Part shown: positions 12,593 to 24,560 of the stretch, in pieces | How the letters are laid out: every line of letters starts with the position of its first letter | Numbering within the stretch: position 1 is the stretch's first letter | Assembly: GCF_006345805.1 (NCBI RefSeq) | Contig: NC_043000.1 | Span: forward strand, 125,302,001 to 125,366,000 | DNA: 64,000 bases | Source of the DNA: Octopus sinensis | Taxonomy: Eukaryota | Reading direction: 5' to 3' | Notes under the pieces: model-generated | What the model saw: the letters and a program-made list of their open reading frames with translations, nothing else | Told to the model about the DNA's origin: nothing | Database searches by the model: none | Position numbers and translations under genes: made by a program

Positions 12593-13150
12593 ATCATCAT
12601 CATCATCATCATCATCATTTAACGTCCGCTTTCCATGCTAGCATGGGTTGGACGGTTCAACTGGGGTCTGGGGAGCCCGAAAGCTGCACCAGTTCAGTCA
12701 GATCTGGCAGTGTTTCTTCAGCTGGATGCCCTTCCTAACGCCAACCACTCCGAGAGTGTAGTGGGTGATTTTATGTGCCACCGACACAGGTGCCAGACGA
12801 GGCTGGCAAACGGCCATGCTCGGATGGTGTTTTTTATGTGCCACCGACACAGGTGCCAGACGAGGCTGGCAGACGGCCACGCTCGGATGGTGTTTTTATG
12901 TGCTGCCAGATGAGGCTGGCAAACGGCCACGATCGGATGGTGTTTGTTACGTGCCCACAGCACGGAGGCCAGTCGATGCGGTACTGGCTACGGCCATGTT
13001 CGGATGGTTTTCTTGTGTGCCACGTGCCACCGGCACTGGTACCACAAAGATACAAATTCCATTGATGTTCATCTATTTTGATTTGTTTTGATTTTCACTT
13101 GCCTCAACAGGTCTTCACAAGTGTCACAAGAAGGAAGGTATGCACAGGTG
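12593..13150 (-). mobile_element. V-domain-like SINE (family D) with internal ~62-bp tandem repeats and (GAT)n tail
   Basis: ggcgttaggaagggcatccagctg core; tail atggaaagcggacgttaaatgatgat; units start at 12771, 12834, 12896. Relatives at 20645-21067 (+), 21780-21945, 39590-39810, 55835-56010. Confidence 0.75.
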
Positions 13151-13151
13151 G

Positions 13152-13372
13152 AATATAACGGGAAGCTTTATGAAAATAGACAAAAGACGAAGGCAGGTGG
13201 AAAACAAACGAACAATTGTATTAGTATGGCGCTCAGGAAATATAAATAAAACAAGTCTTTAACGTTTCGAGCCTACGCTCTTCAACAGAAAGATACACAG
13301 AGAGAAAAAAAAACACAGAAAGAAGGAGAGAAAAAAAATGCGTGCAGTAGCTAACGAATCAACATGGCGATA
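13152..13372 (-). mobile_element. Penelope-like terminal-repeat fragment with hammerhead-like motif
   Basis: Shares ggcgctcaggaaa and aacgtttcgagc...gctcttc with the 4748 copy; (TA)n on the right flank. Confidence 0.6.
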
Positions 13373-13549
13373 TATATATATATATCTCGTTGCTATTATG
13401 TTAAACTGTCGTATGTCCAAATTTGGTCATATGTGTTTGTTTTTTTTTCAATATTTATTTTTGCTTGCAATAGCTGGTTCTTTTTGATCAAACTATTGTG
13501 TCTCCAGCTGCTTTCAGATACCAAGATATCAAAAACTGTCAATTTTAAG

Positions 13550-14530
13550 AGTTGGGAGGATAGTCAATTTCTTCACAGTACTCAGACCTGAAAAACTGAA
13601 GTGCAAAGTTGGCCTCCGTAGGATTTGAACTCAGAGCATAAAAATTAAAAAAACACAAAAGAAATGCTGCTAAGCATTTTGTCTGATGTGCTAAAGATTC
13701 TTTTCTACTCTAGGCACGAGGCCCAAAATTTTGGGGGAGGAGCCAGTCAATTAGATAGCCCCCAGTACGCAACTGGTACTTAATTTATTGACCCTGAAAG
13801 GAAGAAAGGCAAAGTCAATCTCAATGGAATTTGAACTCAGAACGTAAAGACAAACAAAATACCGCTAAGCGTTTCACCTGGCATGCAACCGTTTCTTTTT
13901 TCTTTATTGCCCACAGGGGGCTAAACACAGAGGGGACAAACAAGGACAGACAAACGGATTAAGTCGATTACATCAACCCCAGTGTGTAACTGGTACTTAA
14001 TTTATCAACCTCGAAAGGATGAAAGACAAAGCCGACCTCAGCAGAATTTGAACTCAGAACATAAAGACAGATGAAATACCTATTTCTTTACAACCCACAA
14101 GGGGCTAAACACAGAGGGGACAAACAAGGACAGACAAACGGATTAAGTCGATTACATCGACCCCAGTGTGTAACTGGTACTTAATTTATCAACCTCGAAA
14201 GGATGAAAGACAAAGTCGACCTCAGCAGAATTTGAACTCAGAACATAAAGACAGATGAAATACCTATTTCTTTACTACCCACAAGGGGCTAAACACAGAG
14301 GGGCCAAACAAGGACAGACAAACGGATTAAGTCAATTACATCGACCCCAGTGCATAACTGGTACTTAATTTATCAACCTCGAAAGGATGAAAGGGAAAGT
14401 CGACCTCAGCGGAATTTGAATTCTGAATGTAACGGCAGACGAAATACAGCTACACATTTCGTCCGGCATGCTAATGTTTCTGCCAGCTCGCCACCTTGAT
14501 GTACAAAAGATTCTACCAGCTTGCTGCCTT
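13550..14530 (-). mobile_element. Nested/tandem array of family A SINEs (about 4 units inside an older host copy)
   Basis: 184-bp period (tails at 14081 and 14265). The array is bounded by the imperfect direct repeat tgatgt(gct/aca)aaagattct at about 13684 and 14497. Confidence 0.88.
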
Positions 14531-14729
14531 GGTCTGTATCAGTAATAATGGTAGGGCCAGGTTAAGATCCACAGAGGCTCTAAGCACTTAAGAGATTTTG
14601 GTGCCACCATGTATTAAATATATGTAATTCAAAATATAAACAATAATAAACCATGAAATAAATTTTTAATTTTCAAAATGAAACAAAGCTAACAGTAAGA
14701 TGGAAAATAATGTTCATTTTTGTATGTTG

Positions 14730-15011
14730 TTGTTTGTCCCTTCTCAAGCCACACCTGGTTTCCTTAGCATATAAGTTCCCTACCTGGACAGGACGCCAGT
14801 CCATCGCAGGTGAGCTGCAAGATGCAGGAGGAAAGAGTGAGAGAAAGTTGTGGTGAAAGAGTCAGCAGAAGTTCACCATTACCTTCTGCCGGAGCCATGT
14901 GGAGCTTAGGTGTTTCACTCATAAACATACACATCGCCCAGTCTGAGATTCGAACCCACGATCCCTCGACCACAAGTCCACTGCTCTAACCACTAGGCCA
15001 TGTGCCTCCAC
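14730..15011 (-). mobile_element. tRNA-head SINE (family C-like head, different tail); relative at 19990-20248
   Basis: Minus strand tggcctagtggttagagcagtggac...ggttcgaatctc (A/B boxes). Confidence 0.75.
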
Positions 15012-15662
15012 TCATTTTTGTATACTTCCACTGAATTCATATCTGAAAAGTTTTCTCCTATTTTTTTTAACTGCAAAGTCTTCAATCAGAGTTTTACTTT
15101 GACACCATGAAAACTTCGAAATCACATTTCTGACCATATAAACCACTTCGAATATTATTTTAGCAACTTTAAAGTGATTCTTCATTTTTTGTGTCATAAA
15201 TCATTTACCGTTTCCATAGTGCCCTCCTTCCCTTATTTTGCTTAATGGTTAATTCAGCGCTGGATATGGGTAACTAAATTTGTAAGAATTTGATAGTGGT
15301 TTACACATAGAACCTTAGTAATATGTCAACCACTTTACAGTGTGTGCTGGATAATTTTTAAGTGCTACTGGCATATATATGGCTGCTTTGAGTTCCTACG
15401 CTTTATTTCATTTCTGGTTCTTGTGGTAATATTATTACATTATAATGTATTAAAGAATACTTTACATTTTCATTGAGTCTTGTAATTTATTGCTTTTGGT
15501 GAACCAACAGAGATTTGTGTGTGTGTTTGTGTGTGTGTGTGTGGGTGTGTACATGCGCATGCATGTGTCTGAGTTCGTGTGTATTTATGCGTACGTCTTT
15601 GTGTCTCTCCTCCTCTTGACATCTCACAATGGCAATAAATGATGATGGTGGTGGTGGTGGTG

Positions 15663-16070
15663 GTGGAAGAGAAGGGGGAATAGGAGGAGGAGGAAGTGGA
15701 GGAAGAAAAGAAGGGGGAGGAAAAGGACGAGAAAGAGGAGGAAGTCAAAAAGGAAGAGGGAGGGGAGGACGAAGGGGAAGGGGAGGACGAAGAGGACGAG
15801 GAAGAGGAAGAAGAGAAAGAGGAAGAGAAACGGGAGGAGGAGGAAAAGGAAGAGGAGGAAGAGAAAGGGGAGGAGGGGGAAGGGGAAGGGGAAGAGGAAG
15901 GGGAGGAGGAGGAAAAAGGAGAGGAGGAGGAAGGGGAAGGGGAGAGGGAAGGGGAAGGGGAAGAGGAAGGGGAGGAGGAAGAGAAAGGAGAGGAGGAGGA
16001 AGAGAAAGAGGAAGAGGAGGAAGGGGAGGAGGAAGAAGAGGAGAAGGATGGGAGGGGGAGGAGGAGGAGT
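15663..16070. repeat. ~400-bp almost pure polypurine (GAG/GAA/GGG)n tract
   Basis: Direct inspection. It produces the poly-E/G/R and poly-S/F ORFs in the track. Confidence 0.92.
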
Positions 16071-16646
16071 ACCAGCAGTTTCCATTGGTCCAATCACAGG
16101 TTCACCACACTCCTGATGGTGAGAAGACAAGGAAGTGTTTGTAACTCAGTGTAGAACAAATATTCCAAGAAATTGTTAATTGAAAATATCTATCAGCGAA
16201 AGTCTGACAGGTTTTTTTTTTTAAGCAAAACTAATCAAGTTAATAGAAATCAATAACTAGATTTTAAACTCATTCATACTCAATTGCTAGTCAGATAAGT
16301 TAACTGGGATGTTCTAAATAATGTATGCAAAACATTCCCAGTTTCACTGAAATCCCCTTTTAGTTGGAGAAGGAAAAAAAAACTAATTCTAAATCTTTAG
16401 CAGCACTGAAAATAATTCCTTTTATTCTTTTATTTGTTTCAGTCATTTGACTGCGGCCATGCTAGAGCACCACCTTTAGCTGACCAAATCAACCCCAGGA
16501 CTTATTCTTTGTAAGCCTACTACTTATTCTATTGGTCACTTGCCAAACTGCTAAGTGATGGGGACATAAACACACCAGCATCGGTTGTCAAGCGATGTTG
16601 GGGGAACAAACACAGACACACAAACATATACATACACGCACGCACG

Positions 16647-16677
<31 letters not shown>

Positions 16678-17296
16678 ACACACACACACACATACGACGG
16701 GCCTCTTTCAGTTTCCATCTACCAAATCCACTCACAAGGCTTTGGTCAGCCCAAGGCTATAGTAGAAGACACTTGCCCAAGGTGCCACACAGTGGGACTG
16801 AACCCGAAACCATGTGGTTGGTAAGCAAGCTACGTACCACACAGCCACTCCTGCACTTATATAAAGGGAAAATAATTGCAACGAATTAAGAATTAGTTTG
16901 AGAAATTTTAATTAAATGCTTTGTAGGAAAATCACTAGATGTGTCACTTAAGCAACAAAATAAATTATGGTTTAGTCAAAGAAGGAAAAGCAATGTCCTT
17001 GACCTTTTTAGAGGTTCCAAGACAGACAGCTGAGAGGAAGGAAGGCAGGAAGGAAGGAAGGAAGGAAGGAAGGAAGGAAGGAAAGAAGTTATCATTGAAC
17101 CAGCAGACTGACCCAAATACTTGAAAATTGTGTGGATACTGTTAAAGATATTGAAATGTGTTGTAAAGAACCACATGGTTCCGGGTTCAGTCCCACTGCG
17201 TGGTATCTTGGACAAGTGTCTTCTACTATAGCCTCGGGCTGACCAAAGCCTTGTGAGTGGATTTGGCAGATGGAAACTGAAAGAAGCCCATCATAC

Positions 17297-17352
<56 letters not shown>

Positions 17353-18419
17353 GTGTTTGTTTTCGTGTCTGTGTTTGTCCCCCCAACATTGTTTGACAAC
17401 TGATGCTGGTGTGTTTACATCCCCGTAACTTAGCGGTTCAGCAAAAGAGGCCGATAGAATAAGTACTAGGCTTACAAAGAATAAGCCCTGGGGTCGATCT
17501 ACTCGACTAAATGCGGTGCTCCAGCATGGCCGCAGTCAAATGGCTGAAACAAGTAAAAGAGTAAAAGAGTAATAAACTAAGTCTATTACCCATGTGTATG
17601 AACAGGGCCCTTTGATAGGCTTCTATACAGTTTCCATATACCAAAGATTTCCTTCTCGTTACTTTGGTTGACCTGAAGGATTGAACCTGAATCCACATGG
17701 TTGTAAAATGAACTTCTTAACTACACTGCGCTACAATTTGAATCAAGTGCTTTTGTCGTCTTGGATTGCAAATGGCATGACTGTTCTTCCAAAATTTCCC
17801 TAACTGGGCATCATCCACATGCAACTTAAACACTAGTGAAGGCGTGTGGTTTAGTGGTTAGGATCTTCGGCTACTAACCATAAGATCATGAGTTCAATTC
17901 CCAGTGATGTGTTGTGTCCTTGAGCAAGACACTTTATTTCACGTTGCTCCAGTCCACTCAGCTGGCAAAAATTAGTAGTTCCTGTATTTCAAAGGGCCAG
18001 CTTTGTCACATTCTGTGTCATGTCGAATTTCCCTGAGAACTACATAAAGGGTGCATGTGTGTGTGGAGCGAGCCAACTGTTCGATTGGTGGTGGGATCAA
18101 CTGGAACCCTTATCATCATAACTGATGCAGTGCAGTGCCTCTTTAATCACCTGCCAAACATGCATCAGTTCTAGAAATGGGTTGTGTCAAAAGAGGAGGA
18201 AAGGAAGCATTCCCCCATGGGGCCATGTCACCCAGGTCTCTTTCAACAGCATCTAATCTCAAGCACTTCTCAAGAAAACTTTACCACATGAAACTTCCTT
18301 TAGACATGAGTTTCTGCAATTTTGGACTGCACACACACACACACTCTACATTTGATTCCACTGAAGTTATTTAGCACCAGACACTGCATCATATCTACTA
18401 GGTAACTACTAAACTACTT

Positions 18420-19640
18420 ACTTGCTATGCATTGTATTCCATAGTGATGTATATTTACTACGTATTGTATTCCGCGGTGCTGTATACATGCTACATGTTG
18501 TATTCCATAGTGTTGCATACATGCTACATGTTGTATTCCATAGTATTGTGTACATGCTATATGTTGTATTCCATAGTGTTGTATACTTGATATATATTGT
18601 ATTCCATTGTATTGTATACATGTTACATGTTGTATTCCATAGTGTTATATACTTGATATGTACTGTATTTCCTAGTGTTGCAGACATGCTACATGTTGTA
18701 TTCCATAATGTTGTATACTTGATATGTATTATATTCCATAGTATTTTATACTTGATATATATTGTATTACATAGTGTTCCCAGACCGGGCGTTGTGAGTG
18801 TTTATTGAGCGAAAACACCTAAAAGCTCCACGAGGCTCTGGCAGGGGATGGTGGTGATCCCTGCTGTACTCTTTCACCACAACTCTCTCACTCTCTTACT
18901 TCCTGTTTCTGTTGTACCTGTATTTCAAAGGGCCGGCCTTGTCACTCTCTGTGTCACGCTGAATATCCCCGAGAACTACGTTAAGGGTACACATGTTTGT
19001 GGAGTGCTCAGCCACTTACACGTTAATTTCACGAGCAGGCTGTTCCGTTGATTCGGATCAACCGGAACCCTCGTCGTCGGAACCAATGGAGTGCTTCCAT
19101 TACATAGTGTTATATAATGCTACATGTTGTGTTCCATAGTGCTGTATACATGCTAAATGTTGTATTCCATAGTGTTGTATACTTGATATATATTGTATTC
19201 CATAGTATTGTATACATGCTACTTGTTATATTCCATAGTGTTGTATACTTGATATATATTGTATTCCATAATATTGTATACATGCTACTTGTTGTATTCC
19301 ATAGTGTTATATACTTGATATGTAATGTATTTTCTAGTGTTTCAGACATGCTACATGTTGTATTCCATAGTGTTGTATACTTGATATACATTATATCCCG
19401 TAGTGTTGTATACATGCTTCATGTATTCCACAGTGTTGTATGCATACTTCATATTGCATTCCATAATAATGTACACTTGCTACATGTTGTATTCCATAAT
19501 GTTGTATATTTGCTATGCATTGTATTCCATAGTGATGTATACTTGCTGTGTCTAGTATTCCATAGTATTGTACATTGATTATGTATTGTATTCCACAGTG
19601 TTGTACTCTGGCTTTGTATTATATTCCATAGTGTTGCTTA
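18420..19640. repeat. 33-bp minisatellite (ttgtattccatagtgttgtatacatgctacatg) split by a 5'-truncated family C SINE
   Basis: 11-residue periodicity in the ORF track (VVFHSVVYMLH). SINE 18779-19098 is flanked by the 13-bp TSD attacatagtgtt (18766-18778, 19099-19111). Confidence 0.92.
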
Positions 19641-21473
19641 TAATTTTGATTTCAGTATTTGCTACTTTATAGCTGTGGTTCTACATATTTTGTACCTTGT
19701 AAAGTACCAGAGATCAAACCAAAATTTATTGCACTTTCTTTGTATGGAAAATAAAAAAAAAGAACATTGGCACACTTCAAATGGACAGTTCAAAAAAAAA
19801 TATTTTAAAGTCAGTTAAAATTTCCATTCTTGGAAAGCAGTTAGTATTTATTTACAGTTTTTATCTACCATAGTTATCTACAGGCTATTTGGTAAGTGAC
19901 CCAGTGACATTATTTCAATGTATTTTTTATAGAATGGCCAGGAAAAGTGAAATTTTTTATAACTGAAAGTTGTTGTTTGTTTTTTTCTTGAGCAATGCCT
20001 GGCTCATAAGGGTCAGTTTCCTGGTTTCATTGGCATATAGGTTCCCCTATATGCTAGATGCAAGAGAAAAGAGTGAGAGAAAGTTGTGGCAAAAGAGTCA
20101 GCAGAAGTTCACCATTACCTTCTCCCGGAGCCGTGTGGAGCTTGGATGTTTCGCTCATAAACACACACATCACCCAGTCTGGGATTTGAACCCGCGATCT
20201 CTTGACCACGAGTCTACTGCTCTCACCACTAGCCCATGTGCTTCCACATAACTGAAAGTAGTTCATGTTAATTTTTCTGTTTAATTCATACAAGACAGCA
20301 TCCTAGATGAGCCACCGGGTCAAAGGAGGGAGAGGACCCAAAAGGGTGTCTATGTCCTTTTGCAACAACATAGACACCTTCAACAATCCATGAAACCATG
20401 CTACATGGTACCAAGCTACACTCACTTACATGTGGTAGTCGGCTGTACTTGCTACTGAACTTACTATACAACATTGGTGGCATAGAGAGGAGAGATTTAC
20501 ACACACACAAGGGTAACTTCTGGTCTTCCATGAGAAGATTTCCCCAAGCCTGAGCTTAGAAGAGGGATTTCTCAGCTGTATGCCCATGGTTTTACATAGT
20601 TCAGCTAAAATTTCTAAATGGATATGATATTTGCATAATAACTGCTATCGTGGCCAATGCCAGTACCGCCTGACTGGCACCTGTGCTGGTGACATGTAAA
20701 AACCACCATTTGAACATGTTCGATGCCAGAGCCACTGGACTGGCTCCCATGCCGGTGCACGTAAAACACCATACAAGAGTGGTCGATGCTAGTGTCAACT
20801 GACTGGCTCCCGTGCCGGTGGCACATAAAAGCACCATTTGAGCATGACCGATGCCAGTGCCACCTGACTGGCCCCTGTGTCAGTGGCACATAAAAAGCTC
20901 TCACTACACTCTCAGAGTGGTTGGCATTAGGAAGGGCATCTAGCTGTAGAAACACTGCCAGATCAGATTGGGGCCTGGTGCAGCCTCCTGGCTTAGCAGT
21001 CCTCAGTCAAACCGTCCAACTCATGCCAGCATGGAAAGCAGACTAATGATGATGATGATGATGATGAAAGTTGATGCATAGCCCTCAGGTCAGCATTATT
21101 AAAGCTGGCTTAACATCAAAACTATTCCACATGTGACCATTCCATATTTATCCTTCTTTTAAGCATACTGTGTCTAGGATTGTATCACCAAACATGTTCT
21201 TTCTGTTTCAAGACAGCAGGATGAGATTTGAGGGAGATTTGGCTGCAATTCCTTGCAGATCAAGAGAACTCATGCAAGTTCTCTTGGCTGTAGTCAGATA
21301 AGTTGCCAACACCTCAACACTATTATCCTACTCTTGTGCGGACACATATGACAGTTTTTGATATTGCCTAACCTCATACAAGATAATTGTAGTGTCTATT
21401 AGTGATCAGGTGGTACATATATTTCAAGTATAGTCCTACTGCATGGCATCTTGGGAAAGTGTCTTGTACTATA

Positions 21474-21709
21474 TATTTCTTTACTACCCACAAGAGGCTA
21501 AACACAGAGGGGACAAACAAGGACAGACAAAAGGATTAAGTTGATTGCATTGACCCCAGTGTGTAACTGATACTTAATTTATTGACCCCGAAAGGATGAA
21601 AGGCAAAGTCGACTTTGGCCGAATTTGAACTCAGAACATAATAGCAGACGAAATACGGCTACGCATTTCGCCCGGCATGCTAACGTTTCTGCCAGCTTGC
21701 CGCTGGTAC
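21474..21709 (-). mobile_element. Family A SINE with 17-bp TSD inside a family B SINE
   Basis: aagtgtcttgtactata at 21457-21473 and 21710-21726. Confidence 0.9.
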
Positions 21710-21946
21710 AAGTGTCTTGTACTATAGCCCCACGTCGACTAACACTTTGTGAATGATTTGGGTGGATGGAAACAGTCATCATTATCATCGTTTAATGTCC
21801 ATCTTCCAAGGTGGCATGAGTCAGACAGTTTGGCTGGAGCTGATAAACAGGGGAGCTGTACCAAGCTCTGCTGTCTGCTGTCTGCTTTGGCATGGTTTTT
21901 AACAGCTGGATACCCTTCCTAATATCAACTACTTTACAGAATGGAC

Positions 21947-21990
<44 letters not shown>

Positions 21991-22179
21991 GTGTGTGTGT
22001 GTGTGTGTGTGTGTGAGTGTGTGTCTTTGTGATTGTCCACCACCACCACCACCACTTGACAGCCAGTGTTGCTTTGTTTATGTTCCCATAACTTGGCAGT
22101 TTGGCAAAGGTTGATAGAATAAATACCAGACTTTCAAAAATATTTAAAAAAACACTGAGATTGATTTGGATTACCAGAA

Positions 22180-22335
22180 CAGCATTTTTCAAACTTTTTG
22201 GGTACAACCCCCTGCTTCATATTCTGCCCTTTGCCCCCACTTGCGTTTTTTTCCTTTCCTTCTTTTTTGACACAACCCATTTTATTTGTCTCGTGACCTA
22301 CTGAAGGGTCAAGACTCACAGTTTGAAAAACGTTG
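22180..22335. mobile_element. hAT/Charlie-type MITE
   Basis: Termini cagcatttttcaaact ... agtttgaaaaacgttg; right flank ggctagaa resembles the CTAG-centred Charlie target. Related MITEs at about 53368-53685 and 60189-60422. Confidence 0.55.
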
Positions 22336-23024
22336 GGCTAGAACCATTCAAAAACCATTCAAAGCCGTGACCTGGGAAGACCATAGTCCATTGACTACAA
22401 GTAAAAGACATAAATATGTGATCTACACTGCTGGTCTATGGATAAGACGACGGGAAGATAAATTCTAAAGTATAAATTATGAGATGTGAATACAACCACA
22501 ATATACAGTGTCATTCCTAAAATCTGGATTAATTTTCTCCATCACTGCTTGCCTATTTACAATTTTAATTAATTGGGATCTCAGTATAGCTAAGCTAATT
22601 GAATGTTTTGAGATTTGGAGTTGTCCCCCCTAACTCTCTTAAGTAAACGTAAATATTGATCCAGTGTTTACTTCTCTTCAATTTAAGTTTTCATGCTTGA
22701 CGTTTGGTACATTGTATTTGCACTTTACACACATAATTGCAGTTTATGGTATCTTAGTGTCTAACAATCATCACCACCATCATCGTTGTCCTTGTCATCG
22801 TTTTAATGTCTGCTTTTTTTTTCTATGCTTGTATGCATCAGACAGAATCTGTTGAAATAGATTTTTCTGTGGCCAGATGTTGTTCCTGCTGCCAAACTTC
22901 GCCAGTTTCCCAAGCAAGGTAATATTTCTCCTTGACTGGAGATGTTTTCACAGAGTATTGAAAATGAACTTAGCTACAGGCTGATTTACAACTATCACTC
23001 AATGTCAAAATAACCGGACACAAG

Positions 23025-23066
<42 letters not shown>

Positions 23067-23107
23067 GACAAACACACATACACATTCACTCACACACACA
23101 TATACAG

Positions 23108-23139
<32 letters not shown>

Positions 23140-23399
23140 TATATATATATAATAATTTGATGGAATATTATTCCTAACTTACAGGGAAAAATTCAATTTA
23201 GAAAGACTAAATATAATATATATATAAAAATTAGAAAAAAAACACCTTTTATCAATTCAAAATGAACAATTAAATTACACCATCTAGAAAATTACATATA
23301 ATAGAAATATTAAATATAAAATAACAATAATATACTGATTGTGCAAAATAATAAATAAAATGTATATATAAATGTATATGTACGTCTCTTCTATTTTTT

Positions 23400-23620
23400 G
23401 AATATTATAAATATTTCACTGAGAAGGGATCCGGTTGCCAACAAAGATACAAGGCTCCATCTTTGGGATGCAGTTAACACAGACAAATTCACATTTGGAA
23501 CTTGAGAAAAGTCTTGCATATTTTTATTGTTCCACTCACAGATTGCACTTGTAATGTACGAATTAGCTGGTCGATTTCTCTTTCTGAAAATCCCAGTTTA
23601 TCCAGATTCTCCTTTAAGCA
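23400..23620 (-). mobile_element. R4/Dong-like non-LTR retrotransposon 3' end (copy 1)
   Basis: CLKENLDKLGFSEREIDQLIRTLQVQSVSGTIKICKTFLKFQM* (stop 23489-23491), paralogous to the neighbouring copy. Confidence 0.7.
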
Positions 23621-23686
23621 TATGTATGTATGTATGCATGCATGCATGTGTGTATGTATGTATGTATGTATGCATGTATGTATGTA

Positions 23687-23722
<36 letters not shown>

Positions 23723-23734
23723 TGTATGTATGTT

Positions 23735-24145
23735 TTATGCATGTATTCTCATGCATATAGTTGCATATCTAGACATGCTCGTATATATGTTTAAATGATA
23801 AACTTCTGGAAAGTTTTACAGATTTTTACAGTTCCAGTGATGGATTGGATCTGTAGTCTTCAAATTAGCTTTCTTCTTCCTGGTTTCGAGAAGCCTAACT
23901 TCTCAAGATTGGTACTTAGGCAGTGTGTTACATATTCCAGGGTCCTAATAATTACAGGTATAAATTTGAACTTGTAATCTGGATAGAGTAACTGCAGATT
24001 TCTCAATAGTTCATCATAGGTGTTCACATTTTCACTGATCTTCAGCTTTATGTTAACATCCAATGGGCAGCTAATTTCCACAACTGTACACAGTTTTTCT
24101 TCTCTGTCCCAAAATCATTATACTAGGTCTGTTGTGCTTACATGT
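23735..24145 (-). mobile_element. R4/Dong-like non-LTR retrotransposon 3' end with restriction-like endonuclease domain (copy 2)
   Basis: KHNRPSIMI/WDREEKLCTVVEISCPLDVNIKLKISE...Y.ELLRNLQLLYPDYKFKFIPVII fits the HNRPD..E...P....K..KY RLE signature. Stop at 23791-23793. (TATG)n on both sides. Confidence 0.78.
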
Positions 24146-24560
24146 ATGTATGTATGTATGTATGTACGTATGTATATATGTATGCACGTATGTATGTATG
24201 CATGTATGTATATATGTATGCACGTATGCATGTATGGATGCATGCATATATGTATGTATGCATGCATGCATGTATGTATGCATGTATGTATGTATGTATG
24301 CATGCATGTATGCATGCATGCATGTATGTATGCATGCATGTATGCATGTATGCATGCATGCATGTATGTATGTATGTATGTATGTATGTATGCATGCATG
24401 TATGCATGTATGCATGTATGTATGTATGTATGTATGTATGTATGCATGCATGCATGTATGTATGTATGTATGTATGCATGTATGCATGTATGCATGTATG
24501 TATGTATGTATGTATGCATGCATGTATGTATGTATGTATGTTTGTTTGTATGTATGTATG
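24145..24560. repeat. (TATG/CATG)n microsatellite
   Basis: Direct inspection. Confidence 0.95.

Noticed and set aside
15012-15197. 61-aa minus-strand ORF with protein-like composition
   Set aside because: No recognisable family and no convincing splice sites.
15470-16154. Poly-Glu, Gly/Arg and poly-Ser ORFs
   Set aside because: A stop-free polypurine tract open in four frames, with no credible splice context.
18420-19640. CRISPR-like periodicity (also 37819-38086)
   Set aside because: Contiguous tandem units without unique spacers, no cas genes, eukaryotic context.
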